From an uncultured Planctomycetaceae bacterium (GTDB lineage Bacteria > Planctomycetota > Planctomycetia > Planctomycetales > Planctomycetaceae): a stretch of 38,083 nt of DNA. A program made the position numbers and the translations under genes. The stretch spans positions 472 to 38,554 of the forward strand of contig CAZDOF010000001.1 of the NCBI GenBank assembly GCA_964506965.1, in the 5' to 3' direction. Positions 20,783-26,997 of this stretch are shown piece after piece. The notes under the pieces are model-generated. The model saw nothing but the letters and a program-made list of their open reading frames with translations. It did not search any database and was not told where the DNA came from. The stretch's first letter is position 1. Every line of letters starts with the position of its first letter.

Positions 20783-20951
20783 ATGCGACCTGCCAGCAGG
20801 GTGTCGGTCTGTTCCACCGACAGTCTAGGCTGCCGCAGTCATGCCATCCAACCCATCGCGACGGCCTCTTGCCAATCCCGCCTCCGAATCCGGAACCGCA
20901 AGGAGAGAATCGAGGAATGGCGAGGTCCCGGCGACTGTCGCCGACGGCGGA

Positions 20952-21428
20952 CTACCCCAGCCGGACATAGCCGCCGAAGTACAACAACGGTCGCCCGCCC
21001 TCATCGCCACGGTCCTCGCCGTTGACGATCTCGCCGATGAAAATGTCGTGATCACCACCGGCGAGCACCTCGGACAACCGGCAGTCGACGTACCCCAACG
21101 TCCCCCCCAGCACCGGGGCCCCGGTCTCGCCCTCGGCGTAGTCCAGGTCCGAGAATTCCTTGGGCCCGGGCGTGGCGAAGCGGTTCGAGATCTCCTCCTG
21201 GTCCTCGGCCAGGATGTTCATCGCAAACGCCCCGGCCTCGCTGAGGTACCCGTGCGTCTGCGTCTTCTTGTCGACGCAGACAAGCACCAACGGCGGATCC
21301 AGCGACAGGGAGGTGACGGCATTGGCGGTCATCCCCCACAGGGTCTCTCCAGCCTTCATCGTGACTACGGTCACGCCGGTGGCGAACCGACCCATGATGG
21401 TTCTTTGCAGCTTCGGATCAATCGGCAT
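20952..21428 (-). CDS. Flavin reductase family protein (FMN-binding split-barrel, HpaC/RutF-like).
   Basis: Recognised blocks are GRFATGVTVVT, MTANAVTSLSLDPPLVLVCV, AFAMNIL and GDHDIFIGEIV. AAGGAA lies upstream of ATG 21428. Confidence 0.8.
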   Translation of the reverse strand: MPIDPKLQRTIMGRFATGVTVVTMKAGETLWGMTANAVTSLSLDPPLVLVCVDKKTQTHGYLSEAGAFAMNILAEDQEEISNRFATPGPKEFSDLDYAEGETGAPVLGGTLGYVDCRLSEVLAGGDHDIFIGEIVNGEDRGDEGGRPLLYFGGYVRLG

Positions 21429-21499
21429 CCGCAGGGTTCCTTGTCGGATGGATGTTGCCCGGCCAGGGGCACTCGGCGACGAAGACCGCTGTCCAACCC

Positions 21500-21544
21500 G
21501 TTAAACGAACAAACCGAAAGGACGCTTCTCACACGTCCTTTCGG
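21500..21544 (-). terminator. Canonical Rho-independent terminator on the minus strand, 86 nt upstream of the flavin reductase start codon.
   Basis: A perfect 11-bp stem (CCGAAAGGACG/CGTCCTTTCGG, 21514-21524 and 21534-21544) flanks a 9-nt loop. On the minus strand it is followed by TTTGTTCGTTTAA. The plus strand has no U-tract after it. Confidence 0.55.
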
Positions 21545-21583
21545 CCCGTCCAGGTGTGATGAGGTGAGGTGGGGGTTTGAGGT

Positions 21584-21609
21584 GGGTAAAAGGCCCCTCT
21601 CCAAGGGCC
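21584..21609 (-). terminator. Second, weaker terminator-like hairpin on the minus strand.
   Basis: The minus strand reads GGCCCTTGGAGAGGGGCC. This forms a 5-6 bp GC stem with a 6-nt loop, followed by TTTTA. Confidence 0.3.
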
Positions 21610-22006
21610 GGCGGGGGCCGACCTCTCACAGTCGGCGTCTCTCTCACTCAGCACAACTCCCATGCACCCCGTGTGCCATCAAGCGACCGTCCCCGTTGGA
21701 TTTCTGTCCAAGTTTATTCATAACTCCTTTTACTACAATCAGTTGTGGAATATATCCGGTTTTACTGACCCCCGGGTCAAAGGGTCGTGCACTTGCAGTT
21801 GTTACAAGGCCCGAACACTTAAAATTGTAGAAAACATCCCGGAAGAACGGATTTTCTCACTCCGGTTCCGGTTGGGATCGCTCCTCGTCCCAAAACGCGT
21901 GCTAGAGTTTTGATGCAGACACAGACGCACACCACAACCGACCACGAGTTCTTTTCGCGCCGGGAAGGCCGGAAGCGCGAAGGGCCTTGGTGGGGAGTAA
22001 GAAGCG

Positions 22007-22690
22007 ATGGACTTCCTGAAGAAATTCATTTCGGCCAGGACACGTGAACCGGGTCCGGAACGTCCGGCGAGCAGTTTCGCCGATCTTTCCGATGACCAAC
22101 TCGAAACACACCTGAAGATCACGCGATACGGGAGTTTCGTGCTCACCGATGCGGTTCGCCCTTCCTATGACCTGCAGATCGTGCCCCGGACCGGTTTCCG
22201 GCACGACACCTACTCCGACGCCGAGACCGCGATCGCCATCCCCGTACTGATGGTCTCGGTTTCACGCGAAGAGGTACTCGATCTCTTCGTCGATCTGCTT
22301 GATCCGCTGGGAAGCGAAGTCGATGTGGTCCTGGAAACGAGTCATCACAGCCAGGGCAACGGACACGACGATTACTACCGCGAGGGCATCGAGTTACCGA
22401 TTCTCAAGAGCGTGCTGTACGACTTCGAGGACATGCTGGTCAATGATGGTTGCACGGGAATCGCCGTGTTGAACCCGAAGCTGCCAATGGAAGTGCAGTT
22501 CGATGAGCACAAGATCTTCACGCTGTACGGGCAGGAATTGTGTGAGTTCGAGCAGGTACTCGAGACGCACTGCGTGCCCTGTTGCGAGGACATCAAGTTC
22601 ATCACCGAGGCCGAGCACGTCCACAGTTCGACCGACACGTTTGCCGAACTGTTTGACCAGTTACGGTTCCGCCTGGGAATCGACGACTAG
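22007..22690 (+). CDS. Hypothetical acidic cytoplasmic protein (227 aa), no recognised domain.
   Basis: GGGGAG lies 9 nt upstream of ATG 22007, and the frame is uninterrupted. A C-terminal Cys/His cluster is present (LCEFEQVLETHCVPCCED...HVH). GC looks lower than in the neighbouring genes. Confidence 0.6.
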   Translation: MDFLKKFISARTREPGPERPASSFADLSDDQLETHLKITRYGSFVLTDAVRPSYDLQIVPRTGFRHDTYSDAETAIAIPVLMVSVSREEVLDLFVDLLDPLGSEVDVVLETSHHSQGNGHDDYYREGIELPILKSVLYDFEDMLVNDGCTGIAVLNPKLPMEVQFDEHKIFTLYGQELCEFEQVLETHCVPCCEDIKFITEAEHVHSSTDTFAELFDQLRFRLGIDD

Positions 22691-22724
22691 GCGTTGGCAT
22701 TGCAACGAGTCGGGACGCCCGCGA

Positions 22725-23252
22725 CTATCCGTCCTCGCTTCGCGACTCGATTGTCGCCAGGGCCTCGCGGACGCGTAGCAAGGCATCGCGTGACTCGAAG
22801 ATATTCTGCCGGAACACCTCGGGTCGCACGACACCTTCCAGCCGGGCGAGTTCCTTGTCCGAATCGTCGAGCAGGACCAGGTCGGCGGCGTTGTAGAAGT
22901 TCTGCCCCTCCCGGGTCGCCAGTGCGATCTCGCTGATTCCCTCCAGGGGAATTTCACCGAGCAGTTTTTCGCCGAGCGCCGACTCGATCTTGATACGGCG
23001 GTTGGTCAGGGCAAACCGCCGCCCCCTCAGTTTCAGGTCCACGTAGATCAACGCAGCCAGGGGGGCCAGCAGGAGGGCCGGGGCGTAGGTCAGTCGAACA
23101 CCGAGCACCCGCCAATCGGGAGCCGATTCCAGGAACCGGCCGATCCCCCGACCGACAATCGTCGAGGCGACCGACGGCCACCGCGTCAGCACGGCCCGCT
23201 CGGTCTGCGTTTCCGCACCGGGGATTGCCTGGGGAAGAACTGTGGTGCTCAT
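22725..23252 (-). CDS. Membrane-anchored bacterial PH-domain (bPH_2/YdbT-like) protein.
   Basis: A hydrophobic hairpin (LTYAPALLLAPLAALIYV) is followed by RRFALTNRRIKIES...IPLEGISEIAL. This pattern is typical of bPH_2 domains. Confidence 0.5.
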   Translation of the reverse strand: MSTTVLPQAIPGAETQTERAVLTRWPSVASTIVGRGIGRFLESAPDWRVLGVRLTYAPALLLAPLAALIYVDLKLRGRRFALTNRRIKIESALGEKLLGEIPLEGISEIALATREGQNFYNAADLVLLDDSDKELARLEGVVRPEVFRQNIFESRDALLRVREALATIESRSEDG

Positions 23253-23317
23253 CGCTGATTTGTCCGGAACCCCGCGGGAGATTGCGCACCATAGCAGACG
23301 AAAACCGGCAGTGCCAG

Positions 23318-24688
23318 TTACCCCTCATCCTCCTCATCGACCGGTTCACCGATGCGTTCCAGTGCCCGTTCCAGGCAACCGATGAACCGATCGGATGCGG
23401 ACAACGCACCGGCGAGTCGCGGATGAGCGAACAGGCGGACCCGTTTGACATAGTCATCGAACTGGGTACGGGCCAGTGCCTCAACGACCGGTGAGACCTG
23501 CTGCAGGGGGCGGTACAGATCGTCCTTGGGGAAGTAGATCTCGACGTCGAATTCCACCTCGCGATGCGGCGGCGGGGCATCGATCAGCAGGTCCGTCGGG
23601 GCCACCGTCTCGGAGAACTCGGCCCCCACCTCCCCGGCCAGCACCTCTCCGAGTTGGACCAGCCAGCCGTAGGACCGGCGGGCCAGTTGCCGGTAGAGCC
23701 GTGGTGCCTGGTAAAAACTGAATTCGCCGACACGCTTGTACAGGTTCCGTGTCGAGCCGAAGACTCCCTCGAGCAATCCACGGCACGGCCCGTCGGCGGC
23801 CCGTCGGCACAACTCGTCGATCGTCTCCGCTTCGCTCTTGCAAAAGAACGACTCGAGCTCGAGTTGCTCGTGCAGATGGAAAAACGCCCGGGCGAACATG
23901 CTGGTGGCCGAACGAACCGCGTGGTGCCAGTAGACCTCGCTGAACATCACGTAGCGAGCAAACACCATCAACTCGGCCGCCGTCCGTCCCTTCGACGAAA
24001 TCGCCAGGCCGTCGCCCCGAGCACTTGTCACCAGCGACGACACGAGGCGGTTCTTGTCGAAGTGTCGACCATAGGGCACCCCACAGTGCAGGCTGTCGCG
24101 TCCAAGGTAGTCCATCTTGTCGATGTCGATCGGTCCGGAGAGGATCGAACGAAGCAGGCGATGGGCCGGGGATTCGGTACGGGCCACCAGCACGTCCAAC
24201 ACCTCCTCGGCCGCCACCCCCCATTGCGTCTCCAGCACCCCGGCCAGCGAGCCGCCGTCGGCCAGGAACCGGGCCGCGAAGACCTCGTGGGGCGGCAGTC
24301 CGGGCAGCTTCATGTCCTCGATCGGATGGCAATATGGCCAGTGACCCAGGTCGTGCAACAACGCGGCCACCAACAGGACCTCGACGCTGTGCGAATCCAC
24401 GATCTCGCAAAACCGCGGATCGCGGCCCAGTTGCCAGACGTACTTCAGCGCGTTGTGGTAGACGCCCAGGGCGTGTTCAAACCTCGTGTGCGTCGCACCG
24501 GGGTAGACTCTCGACACAAGACCCAGTTGCGTGATCTGCCTGAGCCGCTGGAACTCGGGCGTGTCCACCAGGGCCCGGACCCGGGGCGTGAACGGTACGT
24601 CCTGCTCGACCGGGATCCTCACGATCCCCCGACCGGCTTCCAGGTTGGTCAACTCGGGAATATCACCGTAGGGATGCTGCATTCGCAA
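23318..24688 (-). CDS. HD-domain phosphohydrolase, SAMHD1-like / dNTP triphosphohydrolase-like (COG1078 type).
   Basis: Recognised blocks are FQRLRQITQLG, HTRFEHALGVYH, LLHDLGHWPYCHPIE and IDIDKMDYLGRDSLHCGVPYG. Confidence 0.8.
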   Translation of the reverse strand: MRMQHPYGDIPELTNLEAGRGIVRIPVEQDVPFTPRVRALVDTPEFQRLRQITQLGLVSRVYPGATHTRFEHALGVYHNALKYVWQLGRDPRFCEIVDSHSVEVLLVAALLHDLGHWPYCHPIEDMKLPGLPPHEVFAARFLADGGSLAGVLETQWGVAAEEVLDVLVARTESPAHRLLRSILSGPIDIDKMDYLGRDSLHCGVPYGRHFDKNRLVSSLVTSARGDGLAISSKGRTAAELMVFARYVMFSEVYWHHAVRSATSMFARAFFHLHEQLELESFFCKSEAETIDELCRRAADGPCRGLLEGVFGSTRNLYKRVGEFSFYQAPRLYRQLARRSYGWLVQLGEVLAGEVGAEFSETVAPTDLLIDAPPPHREVEFDVEIYFPKDDLYRPLQQVSPVVEALARTQFDDYVKRVRLFAHPRLAGALSASDRFIGCLERALERIGEPVDEEDEG

Positions 24689-24882
24689 GATTATACCGGG
24701 AAATCACGTCAGGCTCCCGGTCGCGTCAACAACGCCGACTCGGACAACGTAGAAAAGCTGACGAGGCTTCCGTCTCGAAGCCGGCGACCCATGATTGACA
24801 AACACCTACAAACCTCCATAGGCGAGCCGGACTGTAGGACTTAGTATCCGGCTGTTTCCTCTTCGCCTTCCCAATCATCCCC

Positions 24883-26997
24883 ATGCCCGCGACGTCGATC
24901 CGGCGTTATTCGCCGTTGCCGCTGTTGATCGTCGGTGGCGGGATCTGCCTGCAGGCGATGTTCCTGCAATCGGTCCTCGGCGACCGGACCCTGGCCACGC
25001 AGTGGTTCAGCCCCGAGACGTGGCAGGCAACCGTCGAGGTGCTGGGCGGCCAGGTCGATGGCGAAACCGGGGAAGTTCGGCACCACGCCAGTTACCCGGG
25101 CTTGCTGCTGTTGCTGGCCTCGGTCACCGTGGTTCTCCTGCCGCTGGGAGCGGTGGCGATTCGCCGGGCCATACCCTGGTACCGCTGGAGGCTCTTGCAA
25201 CGGCACCCCCTGGAAACCGGTCTGAAGGCTGCCGCCATCACGTGGGCACGCTCGGGATGGGCCTGGTGGTGGTTGCCCGGAGGATGGGAACTGGTCCGGG
25301 TGCTCTCGGTCCTGGCCGAATGGGCCGTGATCGAAGAACTGATGATCCGGACCGTCTCGCTGGTCGAGGCCCTGGCCCTGGCCGGCTGGCTGGCCGCCCT
25401 GTTGGCGAACGCCTGGCCCCTCGATTCGACCATTCTCCCGGACAGCGATTCGTCCCTGCCCCGACGCACGTGGCGACGCACGTGGCTGTTGGCCCTGGCG
25501 GCCGTGGCGGCCTACACGCTGATTGCCACGGCCATCAACTGGGCGCGTTACCACAACCTGCTCGTGCCGCATGGCGATTCGGCGATGTACGAGGAACACC
25601 TGTGGAACACCTGGCACGGCAAGGGATTTCGCAGCTACCTGGACGACGGCCGGTTGTTTCTCGGCGAACATCCCCAGGTCGTGCATCTGCTGCTCAGTCC
25701 CCTGTACTGGTTCTGGTCGTCGCACCTGTTGCTGGAACTGTGCGAGTCGGCGGCACTGGCGATCGGGGCCCTGGCCGTTCTACGAATGACGCGACGAGAA
25801 ACCGGATCCGACCACCTGGCGCTGGCGCTGGCGATCGCCTATCTGCTGGCTTTTCCCGTGCATTTTCTCGACATCGCCATCGACGGCAAGACCTTCCGAC
25901 CGATCAACCTGGGCGTACCGCTGCTTCTCTGGGCAATCGAGCGCTGGGAGTCCGGAAATCGCCGATCCGCATTTGTCCTGCTGCTGCTGACGCTGACCGC
26001 CAAGGAGGATTATTGCCTGGTCATCGCCACGCTTGGCGCGTGGTGGGCCTGGACGCGGACCCGAAGTGCGGACCGTGTCCGGGGAATCCTGATCGCGGTG
26101 GGAACGACGGCCTGGCTGCTGCTGGTCCTGTTGCTGGTGATTCCCGCCTTTCGTGGCGACGAACCACATTATGCCCAATACTTCGGCGAGCTTGGCGGAA
26201 CACCGGCCGAGATCCTGCAAACGGCGGTTGCCCAGCCGGGCCTGCTGTTGTCGAAGTGGTTCAGCCCACGCAGCGCGTTTTACGCCTTGGCACTATTGCT
26301 GCCGGTCGGCTTTCTGCCGCTGATGGCTCGCGGCCGACTGGCCGTCGGCTTGCCGATCTTCGCCATGCTCTGCCTGCTGGAATTCTCCACCGGCCAGGCC
26401 TCCGGCCAGGCCGTCGTGCCATTCCATCATTTTCATGCCCCGCTGATCCCGGTGCTTTACTGGGCTGCAGCCAGTGGATTGGGCGAACTGGCCCGTCGAC
26501 GTCCGCAGACGGAAACGTTGGGGAAGTCGGCAACGCGGGGAGCGTACCTGGCCCTGGCCGCAGCGGCCTGTTCGGGCCTGTTCTTCAGTGCCGGCCCCCT
26601 GGGAATCGCCTTCTGGGATCCTCACTCCGAACATCACGGGGGCACGCTGCTGACCACCAGTCGCCGTGCGACGATGTTCGAACAGGTCCAGCAACTGGTC
26701 CCGACCTCCGCCCGGGTCTTCTCCACCGACTTTGTCCATCCACGGTTCACTCACCACGCCCGCTCATATGATTACAGCGACTACAAACGGGCATCCGACG
26801 TCGAGCTAACGCATCCTGAACCCGGCCAGGACTACTACATCGTGATCGACACCCAGCATCCCTACAGCAAGCTGACGGCGATCGACGAGGTCCACGAATT
26901 GAAAGCCTATCCCCAGGATTGGGACATCCACGGATTGGTCAGCGACGATGACGGCACGCTCTACTACATCGTGCTCAAGCGGAAGCCCGCACCATGA
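24883..26997 (+). CDS. DUF2079-family polytopic membrane protein (GT-C-like) with an extra ~180-aa N-terminal transmembrane extension.
   Basis: The DUF2079-like core reads HGDSAMYEEHLWNTWHGKGFRS...LGEHPQVVHLLLSPLYWFW. It has many TM helices. The C-terminal soluble part (YYIVIDTQHPYS) is typical of the family. GC3 is high from ATG 24883. Confidence 0.7.
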   Translation: MPATSIRRYSPLPLLIVGGGICLQAMFLQSVLGDRTLATQWFSPETWQATVEVLGGQVDGETGEVRHHASYPGLLLLLASVTVVLLPLGAVAIRRAIPWYRWRLLQRHPLETGLKAAAITWARSGWAWWWLPGGWELVRVLSVLAEWAVIEELMIRTVSLVEALALAGWLAALLANAWPLDSTILPDSDSSLPRRTWRRTWLLALAAVAAYTLIATAINWARYHNLLVPHGDSAMYEEHLWNTWHGKGFRSYLDDGRLFLGEHPQVVHLLLSPLYWFWSSHLLLELCESAALAIGALAVLRMTRRETGSDHLALALAIAYLLAFPVHFLDIAIDGKTFRPINLGVPLLLWAIERWESGNRRSAFVLLLLTLTAKEDYCLVIATLGAWWAWTRTRSADRVRGILIAVGTTAWLLLVLLLVIPAFRGDEPHYAQYFGELGGTPAEILQTAVAQPGLLLSKWFSPRSAFYALALLLPVGFLPLMARGRLAVGLPIFAMLCLLEFSTGQASGQAVVPFHHFHAPLIPVLYWAAASGLGELARRRPQTETLGKSATRGAYLALAAAACSGLFFSAGPLGIAFWDPHSEHHGGTLLTTSRRATMFEQVQQLVPTSARVFSTDFVHPRFTHHARSYDYSDYKRASDVELTHPEPGQDYYIVIDTQHPYSKLTAIDEVHELKAYPQDWDIHGLVSDDDGTLYYIVLKRKPAP

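Noticed and set aside
20929-20943. A 15-bp perfect palindrome CGGCGAC-T-GTCGCCG just downstream of the flavin reductase stop.
   Set aside because: A 1-nt loop cannot form as a hairpin, there is no U-tract, and short GC palindromes are common in GC-rich DNA. It could be a protein-binding site, but there is no supporting evidence.
21429-21780. An FMN (RFN) riboswitch upstream of the flavin reductase gene.
   Set aside because: The hypothesis is attractive because a terminator precedes a flavin-related gene. However, I could not find the conserved RFN core segments by eye on the minus strand. A covariance-model scan is needed before claiming any riboswitch class.
21662-22204. ORFs 21662..21913 (+, 83 aa), 21802..22146 (-, 114 aa) and 21902..22204 (-, 100 aa) in or near the low-GC island.
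   Set aside because: They have no RBS, atypical composition and overlap with the well-supported start of the 22007 gene. I treat the region as non-coding or regulatory.
24795-24823. TTGACA followed 17 nt later by ATAGGC upstream of the DUF2079 operon, as a sigma-70-type promoter.
   Set aside because: The -35 is perfect but the -10 candidate is poor, and promoter consensus in this lineage is uncertain. It is not strong enough to list as a feature.
23481-24844. ORFs 23564..24844 (+, 426 aa) and 23481..24410 (-, 309 aa, alternative frame).
   Set aside because: They overlap the HD phosphohydrolase gene, whose frame carries all conserved HD/SAMHD1 blocks. These are shadow frames.
24841-26771. 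ORFs 24841..25725 (-, 294 aa) and 25002..26771 (+, 589 aa, other frame).
   Set aside because: They overlap the DUF2079 membrane-protein frame. Their translations are R/G/P-rich with no hydrophobic helices or motifs.
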